Assembly (NCBI GenBank): GCA_965178125.1
Contig: OZ237766.1
Location: 620,001 to 684,000 of the forward strand
Direction: 5' to 3'
Length of the DNA: 64,000 bases
DNA from: Bilabrum cf. latius
Lineage: Eukaryota
Below are positions 10,701 through 24,900 of the stretch, one piece after another. The notes under the pieces were generated by a model. That model did no database searches. It was not told where the DNA came from and worked only from the letters and a program-made list of their open reading frames with translations. The position numbers and the translations under genes were made by a program. The stretch's first letter is position 1. Every line of letters starts with the position of its first letter.

Positions 10701-13700
10701 AGCGCCAGGGCAAGCCTTCGCTCAGACCACGCGCCACCGTGCAGTGCACCCGTGCAAGCCCTGTGCCCCAGCGCGCCCCACGCCAGCAAGCCGCCGTCAT
10801 CCGTCACCACGCAGCTAGCGTCGTGTTTCGCACATAGCCGTTCAACCCCCAGGGCGGGGTGCAGCGCGCCGCCGATCCCACCTCGGGGACTTGAAGGGTC
10901 GCCCCCCGCCTCGATCTCGTCGATCCCCTCGATCCCTAGCCCCAGCCACCTGAGCTCGTGCGGCCACTGCACTGTCCTGGGCTCGAGAGACACTGTCCCG
11001 GACGAGAGGAGCTCGTCCACACGAGCCATTTCCCTCTCTTCTTCTTCTTTTTCTTCCTTCGCTTTCTCCTCTTCACCCTTCTCTGCCTGCTCCTCCACTC
11101 TCCCTTGTTCCCTGGGGCCGTCCCCCATTGCGGGGGCAGATCGATCTCCCTCGATGGTCGCGGGTGTGCCGCGGCCAGAGGCAGACCCTGTGCCTGTGCC
11201 TGTGCCCGAGGCGGATCCACGGGTGGAGTCGGCCGTAGCAGAAGATCCAGCGGGGGACGGACTGCGGCCATCCGAGCCCTCTCCTGCTCCTGCCCCTGCC
11301 CCTGCCCCTGCTTCCAGCAGCCCCCGTGCCGCCTATTTCTTGCTCCGGATCCTCTCCTCCTCCAGCATCACCTGCCGCTGCAGCCTCCTCACAGTGCTCC
11401 GCTGCACCGCCCCCATCACCAGCCGGGTCCTGGCCCGCCAGTACCGCACTGGGCTGCTCCCGGGGACCCTCGCCCCAAGCTCCACCCCGCGGCCCGACAG
11501 CTGACCCAGGTCATCCAGACCCCAGCCCACCACGCGCCCGTCCGTCGTGCCCACTAGAACGTGGTCAGACCCGCTGGCCAGGGAACACACCATCGCGGGC
11601 TCCCCTCGGGGCCTCCCTGTCCCCACGTCGGGGGATGCAGGGGACGCCAGGGGCACGGGGGTCCCCGCTGGGGACGGGCTGCCCCCGCCCGGTCCAGGGG
11701 AACCCCCCCCGGGGGTGGTCACGGACCCCGTGCCCTGGGACCCAGAGTCGAGCTTTCCCCCGACATCGGCATCGCCCCCGAACCCCACGGGCACGAGGAC
11801 AGGCTTCCACGCGAAAGGAAGGTTCTCCTCCTCTTCGGTAGCGGCCTAGTGCGCCTCTGCGGTGCTCTACTTCTGCTCTCTATCCCCTCCGGCTTGACCC
11901 TCGATCGCTTGTTCTTCGTATTCATCTTCGGACGAAGACGCGGCTTCCACGATCCCACTCGATTCACCCCCCTTCTCATTCTCCTTCTGTTCCCTGGCCA
12001 GCCCGCTGCTGTCAAGGGGCCCCAGCTTCATCCCCAGCTGACCGTACCGGTTGCAACCAAACGCCCACACGTGCCCCTGGGTGGTCAAAAAGGCCGTGTG
12101 CGCCCGCCCCATGGCTACCCGACTCACCCGGATCCCGGCAAGAGGCACCTGCGCCTCCAGCAGCCAGGGCTCGGCCACGCAGCGGCCTAGCGGTCCGGCG
12201 GTGCGGCGGGTTGCGGATGCCGCTGACAGACCGGAGGCTTGGGTGCCCGCGGGGCTGTGTTCCCTGGGGTTGTTCCCCGGGGAACTGCCCTGCTCGATCG
12301 GGGACATCGGACCGGTCCCGTGTTTGGCCACCTTGGGAAGGGCATATTCGGCGGATAGATCCGGCTTGCCCCCCTGCACTGTGTGCCTCCGGGGAGAGAG
12401 ACCCCCTTGTGGGGTCAGCTCCTGGGCGGGGGTGGCGGATGTCCCTGACCCCGGAGAGGGCACGGGCAGCGGGTGAGGGGACTCCCCCTCGCTTGCTCCC
12501 CCCGCAGATCGCTAGGCCCCGTGTGCACGTCCCCCCCGCGTCTTGCCTCGGCCTTGCCCCGACCCGTACCCAGATCCGGAGCCGTACCCCCCCTGCGCCC
12601 CCGATGGCCTCCGTCTGGACCCCGCCCCCATGGACAGCCGCCTGGCACCCTCCGTGGCTGCCCGGGCACGTGCACGGTACTGCAGTGCAGCGCGACGCAG
12701 GGCCTGTGCACGACCCTCTCCCTCCGTGCCGCTGGTTCCGCTATCCCAACCGGCGCCGCGCATGCCGCCCCCGCTCTCCCCACCGCCGCCGCCGCTTTCG
12801 AAACCGGAACCGTGCCTCCCGTGTTCCCCCGCCCCCGGGTCCCCGCCTCCCTGCGCCATGAGCATCACCAGCCCAGACACTGAGGTGGTCAGGGTGGACC
12901 GCCGCCGCCCGGACCCCGCTCTCCTGGCCATTGTGTTCCCCACGGCCCCGCTCATCCTCCGCTCGAAGCTCCCGGAGCCCACCCCGTGCCCTCCCGACCC
13001 GGCGCTCGAGTGGCCGCTACCCGCATCCCCCGCGCCCCTCCTTTGCCTGCCCCCATCCTCGCCGGACCCATCGTCCTCCACCACGTCCGAGGCACCCTCC
13101 CGGGACCGCTCCAGCGCGCTGGGCAGCTCATTCACCACGCCGTGTTCCCTGACCACAGACCCGCGGTGATGCAGCATCTGACCCCCGGCCCCATCCGACG
13201 CCGCGCCCGATCCACCGGTCGGCGAGGGCAGGCCAATCTGGAAGGACCTGGCTCGCCTGCGACCCACCCCCATGCCCATGCCCATGCCCATGCCTCGAGA
13301 CCTAGGCAGTCCCACCCCGCCACCGGCCCCTCCGCGCGATCCGGTCGCAAAGTACCCTGCTGGCCGACCACTCGTCACACTGCCACGCCGCGTGCCATGG
13401 CCCCCACCCGGGGGGGAGGGGTCGGGCGGCGGCACACTGGATCCCCCGGAGCCCTCCCCGTAGGCAGCCGCGGCATCGGCAAGCGCCAGCGCGTCTGTTC
13501 CCTAGAGCGAGCCCAGCCCCGTCCCCTCCGTGTCCTCGGTCCCCTGTGTTCCCTGGGACTCGGCCGTGGATAGCCTCCGTCGGGCCCGGGAGGAGGGCAG
13601 GTCCGCAGACGAGAGCCTCCTCCTGGCGTGCGGGTGCGGGTGCGGCTAGTCGTCCGCACTCGTCACACCATCTCGAGGGACCAGGCCGGGGTCGGGGTGG

Positions 13701-16700
13701 CTGACACCCCACCGGGAGCCCGTTGTTCCCTGCCTCCCTACCTTGCTCTCTCCACCAGCTGCGGGGTCGTGGCCTGCCCTTGCCCCGTCCTGCCACTGCT
13801 GCTGCTGCTGCCCAATCGCATCTGCTGCATCCATGGGCCCGCGGTGGGGGGAACGCATGCTGACGGTGTGACGACGACGGCCCTCGGTCACCAGTCCATC
13901 GCTGCGGGGAGAATCCGCAGACCCCGGTGCCATCCCTCCCGTTGTTCCCTGGCCCCCGTCCAGCCTCCACTCGGCAGGGGGTGAGCCACCCGCCCCTCCC
14001 CCTCCCCCGCTGCCGTGCCGCAAGGGGTGCTGCTGGGGCGTCGTGCCCGCCACCGTCTGTCGCCTCGCCAGAGGGGAGGAGGAGGAGGCCAGCGATCCCG
14101 CTCCATGGGCGTGGGCGTGCCCCTGACCCGCCATGGGCCCCTGTCCCGGGATGACGGGCACCACGGCCCCCGTGACCTGGTGGGACACCCGCCTGGACAA
14201 CGAGAGGGCCATTGAGGTGCCCCCCTGGGACCGGCGGCGAGACCCGGCCATGCTGCCACCCCCACTCGTCACACCGTGGGAGTCCGTCCCGAGCGGGAAG
14301 GCCTGTCCCACCGGCTTCATCTGACCCCCCGTGTGCTGTACCGCCCTTGGCCTCCACTCGTCACGCTCGCTCCCATGGCCCAGCCGGCCCCGCCCCCCGC
14401 ACCCCCAGGTGAAGAGGGTCCCGCTCTGGGTGAAGGCACCCGAGTGCTTGGCCCCCGCCACCACCCCCACCACCTCTCGGTCCGCAAGCGCTCGCACAAC
14501 CCTCGGCGACCTCACGTCCAGCTCGTCACCGTGCCCCAGCCGACCGTGAGACCCCTTGCCGAAGGAAAGCACGCACCCGTCCGCGCATAGCAGCAGGGCG
14601 TGATCGTCCCCGCAGGCCACCCCCAGCACGGCCGCGGCAGCCGTCCACAGGAACCGCTGGGAGGTGGGCGAGGGAACAAGCCGCCAGCCCGCCCTGGCCG
14701 CCTCTGCTCTCAGAAAGGCAAAGGAACCGTCCAGGGCCCGGGAGGGCAACGGGGGCCACTCGCGGGGAGCACCACCATGCAGTGCACCTGTCACCGGCCC
14801 GGCAGGGTCTCCTCCTCGTGGCTGGGGGGCGGCGTGCGCGCCCCACCCCTCGCTCGACTGTTCCCTGCCGCCCCTCCCCTGCTCCCTGTGTTCCCTGGCG
14901 CTCTTCGCTCTCTCCATCCGCCTCCTGCTCGCCTGCATCGCGTCAGCGTGCGAGGCCAAGGGAGACCTGGACAGGGACCCGCCGGAGCCCAAGGAGGACA
15001 CGGAGCCGGGGGCTCGGCTGGGGGCGTGCGGGCGAATCTGAGGGAGGGAATGCTGGGCGTGGGGTGATGTAGCTGATTCGCCGCCGGTGCCCTGACCACT
15101 GCCCGGTGCTGCTGACGACCCCCCTTCCCCCGGGGAAATCCCCCCCCACCATGGGGTCGGCCTGTACTCGAACACGTCCCCCGTGCACGTGACCACCACG
15201 GCGTGTCTTCCACTCGCATCTGCATCGGCCACACCCGCGTGTCTGAGCCACTGCACGGACACGCTGTTCCCCGCCAGGCTGGGTTCCCCCAGCTGCGACC
15301 AACTCACCAACCCGGGGCACTGCCCACCATACCCATTGCCATCGCCACCACTAGCAGACGCAGCAGAAGCAGGCAGCGCCAGCACCCGCACCGGCCTCGT
15401 CTCCGCCGCGGCCTGCATGGCCCGAAGCCGCGCCAGCTCCCGCACATCCGTCTCCTGCCTCGCCCTCTCCCCGTGGGCCTCTGCGCGCCCCGCCGCCAAA
15501 TCGGCAGCATCCTCCAGCTCCGTGTCGGAGGCGGACTCGGAGCCGGAACTGGCCCCGGGGCCGCTGTGTCCAGCCACCACCCCCTACCCCTGCCCCTGCC
15601 CCTGCCCCTGCCCCTGCCCCTGCCGCTGGTGCCTGAGCTCCACTCGGGGGGATCCCACGGCCCCGATGCCCGCCCCTGTCCCCGCCCCCGCCCCCGCCCC
15701 CGCCCCCGCTGCACTCGTCAGCCCGCCTAGCTGCGCCCCGTCCGTCCCAGCACCGGAGCCGATGGGCCCCATGGGCGGGGTCTGCATACCCGAGTGCAGT
15801 GCACCCGTCCCCACCGAGGCAGACCCCACCGCGGGGGCACCCGACGCGGGGAGCGCCACCGCACGGGCACCCGCACCCCCCACGTACCCCTGGGGGTGAC
15901 CCAATGACCCCACATCGGGGTCCCTCAGCCCGCTGGGTGCCTCTGCCAGCATCTCCTCCACGCCCCCCCTCGTGCCCCCGGAAAGAACGCTCGATGCGTC
16001 CCCGGCCCCTTCTGCCCTGGTGCCTCCCCCGATGCCGGACTCGGCCATAGAGTCGCCTTCCTCTAGCACGCTGCCGAGGACAGACCGGGAGGGCCCGCCC
16101 AGCTGGCTTCCGGTGCCCCCACTCGCTGTGCGCATCTCGCTGATGAGCGCCTGCCGACGCGCCTGCCAGGCTTTGTACGCGGCTCGCTCGCGGCGGCGCT
16201 TCTCCCGTCGCTCCATCTTCAACTTGGCTTCTGTTGATAGACTAGGCACGCCTGCAGCTTTCATGGGCTCTTGCTTATCGGAAGCTTTGCTCGATTCTTG
16301 GCTGCTTTGCCTCGAGTGCCGCAACTCTCTTCGAAGGCGACGGACGTCGCCCTTTAGATACTCGATTGCCTCCCGGTACCTGCAACGGCGGAGAAAATGT
16401 ATCAATAGTGTTGCAATTCAGAGGGTATGGCGCGCAACATGGGGGGGAGGGCTAGCCTGAAGACTTCCAGCGATGATGCTTGGATTCGGTATCACATCTA
16501 CCCAAGCTGATCGTAGGAAACGGCGGTTCGACTGTTTGCTCATCTCACTGCCGTTCGAGCTACTTTTTGACCTTCTTGATCTCTCGGTCACGGTCCAGAT
16601 CTTCTCTGGTACCGCTGCGGCCGCTCGCATCCGACTTGCGCCCAGCATCATCGCTCTCAGGCAAGCTGGGGGGCCTGACGCCCCGAGTTCCCCCCCTCCC

Positions 16701-16712
16701 TGCGTCTGACAT
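7778..16712 (-). CDS. ~2,920-aa RCC1-repeat + TBC (Rab-GAP) domain protein; 2 exons (16712-16549, 16379-7778); 14 in-frame TAG=Gln
   Basis: Ten consecutive same-frame ORFs in the track are joined only by TAG. RCC1 blades: VACGDDHALLL..DGCVLSFGKGSHGRLGHG and VAMGRAHTAFLTTQGHVWAFGCNRYGQLG. TBC motifs: WHRGVPHAMREVVY, IKDISRT (Arg finger), GYT[TAG]GMNQICGLLL (Gln finger), YLPKWLIPFFV. GTGAG...TTGCAG intron at 16548-16380 keeps the frame. TGA stop at 7780-7778. Confidence 0.88.
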
Positions 16713-16926
16713 ATGAAATACGATCCTAGAGTAGAGCAATACGCGGGGTTAGCCAGCGCACCCCGGATCGCCAAAGCCTGTTTTCAGTCCTGCCGCAGCC
16801 GAACCGACGTGCTACCGCGCAATGCACCTGAATTGGATGATCTAGGCAGGCAAGGGTGCTAGCTGACAAAATTACAAGGCAGATCGGCTGCAGAGTGAAC
16901 ACACATCCTTTATTCATCCTAACCAT

Positions 16927-19900
16927 TCAATGCGGCGCGCCAACGGCTCCATTTGTATTTGCACCACCCAACCCATCCAGATCGGATCTGGCCAGCACCA
17001 CCGCCCTCACAAGCGGCAGCAGCACTGGCGGCCAGTCCAGGCCGGAGCTTCCGGTCTTCGCGGCGCTGCCGCTACTGCCAGCATCTCCACGCCCCTCGAG
17101 CATCCGCAGCACCACCTTCATCTGTTCCCCAGCCGCCTCCACTGCCTCCCGCTGTGCCACGGTGCCGGTGCCCCACCCCGCACCGGATGCCCCCCCCTCA
17201 TGGTCGCGGCCATCCCCCCGAAGCACCCACGTACTCGTCACACCAACCGCCCCGGCCCCTCCCTGCCCCCACGCCCCCAGCCTCTCCCAACCCCTTCCCG
17301 CCTCCCCCAGCAGCCCATCGCTCAGGGGACCCTCCATCCCACCCATCCCACCGCTCCCAGCTGCACCGGTGGTATTGCCAGCTGCTTCCCCTCTTCCCCT
17401 TCCGTCACCACCCTCTCCCCGCCGGCCCCTCCCAGACTGGGCCATGGATCCCCCGGGTCTCTCAGGACCCGCCCAATCCGCAAGGGCTCGGAGCCCTGCA
17501 CGCGCCTCCCCGGATGTACCACCGTGCAGTGCACCTGACCCCTCCCACAGCCTCACCAGCTGCGAGGCCAGCTCGGTCGCATCGCCGCCGTGCCCCGCCC
17601 CTCCATCACTCGTCACACCTTTGGCCCGCACGGCACCCAATACCACTCGAACGTCGCGCAAGACTGCAGTGAGCCAGGACTCACTCGTCACATTGCGACC
17701 CCCGCACGTCCGTTCGCACGCCATGCATCCCGCCACTGCCAGCACTGCTCCAAGCAGCACCTCCACCTGATCCCACTCGTCACACTCTCCCAGCGCCCTC
17801 ACGAGAGCACCCGACACCAGCTCCACGTCCTTGTCAAGCCACTGACCCCCAGCACCTGTATAGTCTTCATCTCTACCAGAGTGCCCCCGCCCCACACCCT
17901 ACCCGTCCCCACTGAACAGCCCCTCCCTCACCCCTTGCCCCCACTCCCTCCCCGCCTCCATCGCCACTCGCCCCGCCCACCCGCACACAGCCCTCCGCCC
18001 CGCCCGAGCCCCCTCCCTGGCCGCACCCCCTGTTCCCCGCAGTCCCAGCGCACCAGCAAGATCACTCATCACACGGCGGGGAAGCCCAGGGTCCGCTCGA
18101 CTCCGCCGCGGCATGGATCTCACCCATTCACCAGCACGCCTCGCCCAGCGCCACGCAGATCCGCGGGACAAGGCGCCGTCGTGCAGTGCACCCTGACTGC
18201 CACCCATGCCAGCATGACCCGTGGCTGACGCGGCGACCCGCCGCAGCCTCCTCATGACCCGCCGGCTCGCCAGGCCCATCGCTCCCCGCCTGCCACCGGC
18301 GCCCAAGCACCCGCTCAATGCGCCGGCCGCAGCCTGCAGCGCCCCACCGCACTCGTCACACCCTCCACCCACCCCGGCAGGCGCCCTCACCAGCGCCTCC
18401 TCCACCGCCGCGACCGCCTCCGCCTCCTGCGAGGGAACAAGCCCCCTCACTCCACCGGTGGACCGCCCCCCGCCAGCCACCGCCTCCGCCGCCAGCCCCA
18501 CACCATCCGCCCACCCATCTACACCCACGCACCCGTCCACAGCCGCCTCAAGCACCCCCTGGGCCTCCCGAGTGAGCGCGCCTAGGGCCAGGCACGCGCC
18601 CTCGCTGCTGCGCATGGCACCCAGGACCGCACCACCGTGCGATGCACCCTACCCGGCACCCCCCACCTCCAGGGCCTCGACGGCGGCCTGCAGCGCACCC
18701 AGCACGGTCTCGCCCGATGCCAGCTCCAGCGGCGGGCCGGGGTCCCCTAGCTCCTCACTCGTCACACCTCTGGCAGCTTGGCCTGTCCATGGCACATCCT
18801 CCTGCTCCTAGTCAATATCCCCACCCTCGACCTCCTCGTGGCTCTGCTCTTCTTCTTCCTGATCCATTGCGCTGCCCCCCCCTGCACGGCCGATCCCCGC
18901 CCGCATCCCCCCGGAGCCTGAGTCTGAATCCGATTCCGAGTCGGGGCCCGAATCAGACTCCGAGTCGGACAGCCAGCCCCCATTCCCAGGCTCACCACCA
19001 CCGCCACCGCTGCGGCCCACCCCTTGTTCCCTGGCCAGGGCACACACCGCCCCCATGGCCCCCGCCGCCTCCGTCGCAGCAACCCGCCCGATCGAAGCCC
19101 AGGCCTCGGAGAGGAGGGCCAGCCCCAGCAGCCGACCCGCCGCGCTGCAGGGCAATGCACCCAGCACCTGCCTCCGCAACCTCTCACTCGTCACACGGGC
19201 GGACACGAGCAGCTAAGCCGCCCGCACGCACCTCGCCACGGCCGCCCGCCCGTCCCCCCCACCCTCCCTGGCGAGTCGCAACAGGCCAAGCCCCAGCCGA
19301 GCCGCCGACACCGACCGCGTCAACGGGTCAGCCGCCGCCCGCTTGCCCCCGCCCTTGCCCCCGCGCGAGCCCCCGCCGGCCCACAGCAGCGCACCCGCCC
19401 CGTCCACGGGTCCCGGCAGTGGAGGCCGATGCACGTGCGAGTGGGCGGCTACAACCGCCAGCCTTGCCGCCGCCCCGAGCCCGAGGAGTGCGTGACCCCC
19501 GTCCAGGGCGACGGGCCAGGGAACAACCTAGGGAACAGAGTGTTGATGACCAGATCCCCTCAGCTGGGGGCAGCCGCAGCCCCCACCCACTGCATCGCGG
19601 AGCACTGCCTCGGCTGCACCTGGCCCGGCCGGACCCGCTGACGTCACAGCGCGAGTCACCGCGGCCCGCAACTCCGCGGCAAGGGCCGCCCCGGCCCAGC
19701 CCTCCACGCTCACGGGCGCCCCGCCAGGCGAATTGAACCCCGTCACCCCATCCTGCTCGTCGCACCCCTCCTCTGCCCGTGCGGCGAGCAGACGGTCCAG
19801 CTGCCTGCACGCCAGCCCGAGCCCATGCCCGCCCGCACTCGTCACACCTCCGCTCCCCAGCCACCGGTCCTCCGCCCACTGCAGCAGCAGCCCCAGGCGG

Positions 19901-20571
19901 GAGGGACGGGCCAGCGGGCCCGCACTCGTCACACCGTCTACACTCGTCACGACGCTGGACATGCCTCGCACGAGGCCGCAGCAGGGTGCCGCCAGGAGCG
20001 CGCCCACCGTGCGGCCCAGCACCACTCGCCCGCCGCCGCCCCCCTCACTCGTCACACCAGCTGCACCCCGCCTGCAGTCGTCCAGCGATAGACCGGCGGC
20101 CTCTGCCCGGAGCAGCACTGCAGCATGGCCCGCCTCGCGCTCGCCTATACGAAGACGGCCAGTTGAGCTTGCTTCCTCCGCTGTGGGGTGGCCGGGAAGC
20201 TGTGGCGGTGCCAGCCGCGAGCTGCTGCTCATTCCACGCATACTTTGCATTCCCTGAGAGAACGACAGGAGGGCGGATGCCGCTGCCTTGGTGGCCTGCT
20301 GCACGGATGGATGGGCCAGCACTTGCTTCACGGCTGCGTCGTGGGCCGCTGCAACCACCGACAGCAGCTCGGGAGCAGCTGCCGGGGCGCTGTACGCTAT
20401 GAAACCTGCGGCGTGAAATTCACCGCATGATGCCCACGCTGATTCCAGTTCGAATGTGGGCCGATCCGACGCGACGGTCCAGCTGCGCAATGCTGATGAT
20501 AGCGCACGCAAGGAAGCAGCGGCCGGAGTGGGCTTGCCCCCAGACGCTTTAGACATTGTGGTGTTAGGCAT
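16927..20571 (-). CDS. large Ala/Gly-rich hypothetical protein (~1,210 aa or longer; start uncertain)
   Basis: ORFs 19528..20571, 19213..19434, 18808..19206, 17899..18615 and 16927..17895 share one frame and are joined by TAG codons. TGA stop at 16929-16927. The frame stays open upstream through TAG 20574-20572 to ATGs at 20763 and 20880. No domain recognised. Confidence 0.7.
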
Positions 20572-20878
20572 CTATGACTCCAGCCTATCCGCAGTGTAGG
20601 GCTTGGACACACCTGCTGCAGACTTGGCTGCTGGTCGTGCTGTGGGATCAACAGCTGCTATCGCGCTCTTTAGATGTATATCTGTCTCCACGCCGCTGCT
20701 ATCGTTAGATTCTACATTACGCTCTGGATTAAGAGGGGTTAGAACCCAAGAAACTGGATCCATACCGGCCAGGGCTGAGCCGAATGACACGCTGGGTTTG
20801 CTCGAGATGCACTCGTCATCGTGCCAGACCAGTTCGCGAACGGACTGGAACCATTCTTGGCCCTTTGCAGGTGAATCC

Positions 20879-21749
20879 ATGGGGTCCCTATTTTCAATGT
20901 TTGGCGGATCGACCGAAAAAGCAAAGGTTCTTGTTGTTGGGCTTGATAATAGCGGCAAGACAACAATATTGAATCGTTTGAAGCCAGATGGCGTGAGTGC
21001 AACAGGCGCATGCGATGCTTTATTCCCTTCTCGGTGTGGATTCTATATGCATCTGGCGTCGGGTAGTTACATATTCCTTATGGCACAGACTGTTACGGAT
21101 GAGGTAACACCTACGGTGGGGTTCACGGTGGAACAATTCAAGGTTGATAATTTGCAGTTCGAGGCGTTCGATATGGGCGGCGCCCAGCGCTTCCGAACAA
21201 TGTGGGAGAGCCGATACGCGGACGTAGACTGTGTAATATTTGTTGTAGATAGTGCCGATAAGCTCCGGCTTGTCGTGGCGAAGGTGAGACTGCCGTGCCG
21301 TGTCCGCTGCGTGTCGCCTTGGCGAATCCACCCGTCGGGGCGCTCGCCGCCTTGCGTGTGGTATCATGAATCTCAGTCCTGCTGCTCGCTTGACGCTCAT
21401 GTACACCCTACAATCCATTGACCCCCCGCAGGACGAGTTCGACGGCATGCTCGAGAACGACTCGATCAAGGCCCGCCCCGTGCCCGTGCCTGTCCTGGTG
21501 TTCGCCAACAAGATGGACGTGAAGGACGCCATGGACCACGTGGAGGTCTCCGAGGGCCTGGGCCTTGCTGAGCTGAGCGACCGCCCCTGGCACATTGAGG
21601 CCAGCAACGCCCTCTCGGGGGAGGGTCTGGACGAGGGGGTCAAGTGGCTGGGGGCGCAGGTGACCAAGCAGAAGGAGGAAGCCAAGGGAGGAGGAGGGGC
21701 GGGTGCCGCGAAAGGGGGGGCGGGGGCGGGGGCGGGTGCGGGGCGATGA
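20879..21749 (+). CDS. ARL6: ARF-like small GTPase ARL6/BBS3; 3 exons (20879-20992, 21089-21283, 21432-21749), 208 aa
   Basis: MG start; GLDNSGKTTILNRLKP, PTVGF, FDMGG, IFVVDSADKLRLVVAK|DE, FANKMD, WHIEASNALSGEGLDEGVKWL match the ARL6 pattern. Two GTGAG...CAG phase-0 introns; TGA stop. Confidence 0.88.
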
Positions 21750-21908
21750 CACGGCATGCCATGCCATGATTTCGAGATCACAGCGGACCTTGATTGCATA
21801 TTTGGTTGCAGCGAGAGATTGGATCAAATGGATGGGAGAGTCACTGAACGCAAGCACAAGCACAGGCTACACGCATACATTTGATGTCACATCCCCACAT
21901 TGCACTCG

Positions 21909-24900
21909 TCACAGCGCAGGCAGGGCACCCTAGGCCCGAGGCAGCCGGTTGCCGCCGCCATGGCCACCATCCATGCCCCCTCCGCCGCCGAGCGACGGCA
22001 AGCCGCTGCTGCCACCCCCGCCCGGCCCCAGTCCCGGCAGTCCCCCGCCCGCGCTGTTCCCCCCCCTCTACCTACCCACAGATCTTCGGCGAAACGCGTG
22101 CTCCCCACTCCCCCCAGATGGGGGCACGGGGTTCACGGAGGGTAACCCCCCCCCACCCCCGCTGGTACCGCCCATGTTCATGCCCATGCCCATTCCCATG
22201 CCTATGCCCCTCCCCCCGCCCTGCCCCGAGACGGGGGGTAAACCCCCACCTCCACTGTTCCCCCCGATCCCAGGCAACCCACCTCCCTGGCTCCTCCCCT
22301 GTCCCTGCCTGCTCCGGCTGCGACTGCCCCCCGACTCCCTGCTGCCCCCCCCGCGCCCACCCCCACCGCCCAGGTCAGGCAGCCCCCCCCCGGCCCTACC
22401 CCTGCCACCGCCCCCCCCATCCTCCTGCCCCCACTGCCCATCTCCGCACCCTGCCCCTGGCAGCACGGTGTATCCCGCGCCCATCCCCCTGCTGCTGCTG
22501 CTGTTGCTGCCGCTCCCCGCCCGGTGACCGCCCCCGGAGGACCGACCCCTGCCCCTATCCCCCTGCCCACTCCCACTCCCATTCCCATTCCCACTGCCAC
22601 CCAGAGAAGGCAAAGCACCGCCACTCATCGCACCGGAGCCGGAGCCCTGCTTCCCGCCGTGCCCTCCCCCCCCCCTGCCGTCGCCACCATTCGCCCCCCC
22701 CCCTAGCACGGGGAGTGCCCCGCCACCGCCACCACCCCCTCGGCTGTTCCCTCCGCTGTTCCCCCGCTTGGACTCGACCAGGCCCCCAAACCCGCCCCCA
22801 TTCCCGCCCACAGACGGAAGCGATCCGGCGCCCATCCCCAAGCCAGCACTGGCACTGGATCCCGCCCTATGGCCCGACACGCGCCTCGCTGATCCCCGCG
22901 ATCCACCATCACGACCCTCGGACCCCACCCCGATCGAGGGAAGGTTCGCCGGGGTTCCCCCGCCCCTAGAGGAGGATCTGTCCCCGTAGGACCCTCGCCC
23001 GTCGTCGCTCCCATGGTCAAACCCGGTGGCGCTGTTCCCTGCGCCCCCACCCAGGTCGGGCAGCCCCTGGCCCCCCAGTCCGGGCCCCACGCCGCTCCTC
23101 GCGCTGGCCCTGGACCCCTGGCCCCCCCTTGACCCCCCCCTGGAGGCACCGGGGGCCTGGGGCAGGAGCCCCCCCCCTCCCGCCGAAGACCCCCGGCTGC
23201 CCCCCTGGGCCCTCGCCTCCTGCTGCAGCCTGGCGTTGAAGGCGTTCCTAGCCCTGCCCGCCGCGGGGGGCAGCTCCCAGGACTCCTCCTCCTCGTTCCA
23301 CACGGCTCGTTCGAAGATCTTATCCAGCGTGCTGCTGTCCATGAACATGCTCACCAGCTGCTCCATGAGTCTCCGTTCCTTGTCCTGTTCCCTGATCTGC
23401 GCCATCATCTGGTCCCGCTGCCTCTCCGACTCCCACTCGAGGTCCTGCAGCTCCCTCCTGAGCTCCTTCTCCCTGGCCTTGTGCTTGGCTTTCAGACGGC
23501 GCATGAGCTTCTGGTGCTTGTCGTTCAGCTGGGAGAGCTCTGCAACCTCTTCTGCAGCGGCCGCTTTCGCTTCCTCCGCTGCTTTGGCATCCTTCGCCGC
23601 CCTCGCCCTCTCCTTCTTGAGCTGCCTCGCCTTGTACTTCTGCTTCCTCACCGCGTCCCTGGCCTTGGCCTCCGCTGCCTCGGCTGCACGGCGCTGCCTT
23701 GCCAGCTCGGCTGCCTCTGCCGCTTCCTTCTCCTTCTACTCCTCTGACTTGCTGTCTCCAGCACCCGACTGCACCTGCCCGTGTCCATGTCCCCCCGCCC
23801 CTCCGCTGTCATCCTCCCCCTTCGATTCGGATGCACCCGCGCCCGCCCTTGCTGGTGAAGCGCCTTGGGACGGGCTCTTGGACTCGGAGTCGGAAGCACC
23901 ACCGGTTGCAACCGCCGCCTGTTCCTTGGACAGCCCACCGCCCTGCCCCCCGCTACCGCCGCCGTCCCCCGCGCCCGCCACTGCAGCCACCGCAGCCGAG
24001 GCAGGAAGAGCGCCATCGTCCTCGGCGTGCACCTGGGCCTGCAGGGCGGCCAGTTTCGTTTCGAGGGCCTTGCGCGCCTCTCGCTCTGCCTGCAGGGCAG
24101 CTTCGTGGGCGGCAGCGGGGTCAGCGGGGTCCTGAGGTGGCGCTGTTCCCTGGGCATCATCTGCTTGCTGCTGCTGCGGAGGAGCTGCTGCGCCTGCTGT
24201 TCCTTCCTGCCCTGGTGCAGGTGCTGCTGGTGCTTGTGCTCCAGCCGCATCAGCGCCTCCGGTCGGTGCATCCTCCACACCCTCCCCGCTTTGACCACCA
24301 GACGGCGCAGTTGCCCCGCCAGTACCATCACCAGCACCCTGCCCAGTCTGGGTCCCAGTGGCAGGGGTCGAAGACTTGCCCCCGTCTCCGTCCACGTCTC
24401 CCGCGCCCTCCCTACCGCCAGCCCCGCCTGCACCAGACGCAGCACCAGATCCTGCGCTGGCAGCAACTCCTCCGCTTTTCCCGGCGGGTGGCATGGCGGC
24501 GGGTGCCTGTGCCTGTGCCTGCGCCTGGAGCAGCTTTGCAATGGCCTCTGGGTCCGCCCCCCCGGCCGCCTGCAGCTGCTTGAACTTCTCCATCTGGTCC
24601 TGCAGCTACCTCTTGAGCGTCTCGATCTCGTCCTGGTACTCCCTGATGAGTGCATCCTTGGGGTCTTCGTTGATGATGGGCTTGTTCTTGATGCGCTTGG
24701 CACGGTTGGCGTATCGCAGCGTGGACAAGGTCTCGTCGTAGTTATAGTCGGCGGGGCCGATTGCCGCCATCATCACAGTCTTGGTGTTGCCACCCAGCGA
24801 GTCCTGCAGCAGCCGGGTGAGCTTCGAGTCCCTGTACGGGATGTGCTTGCTCTTTCCCATAGCGTTGTCCACCAGCGCCGAGATGACGTTCCCCAGCGCC

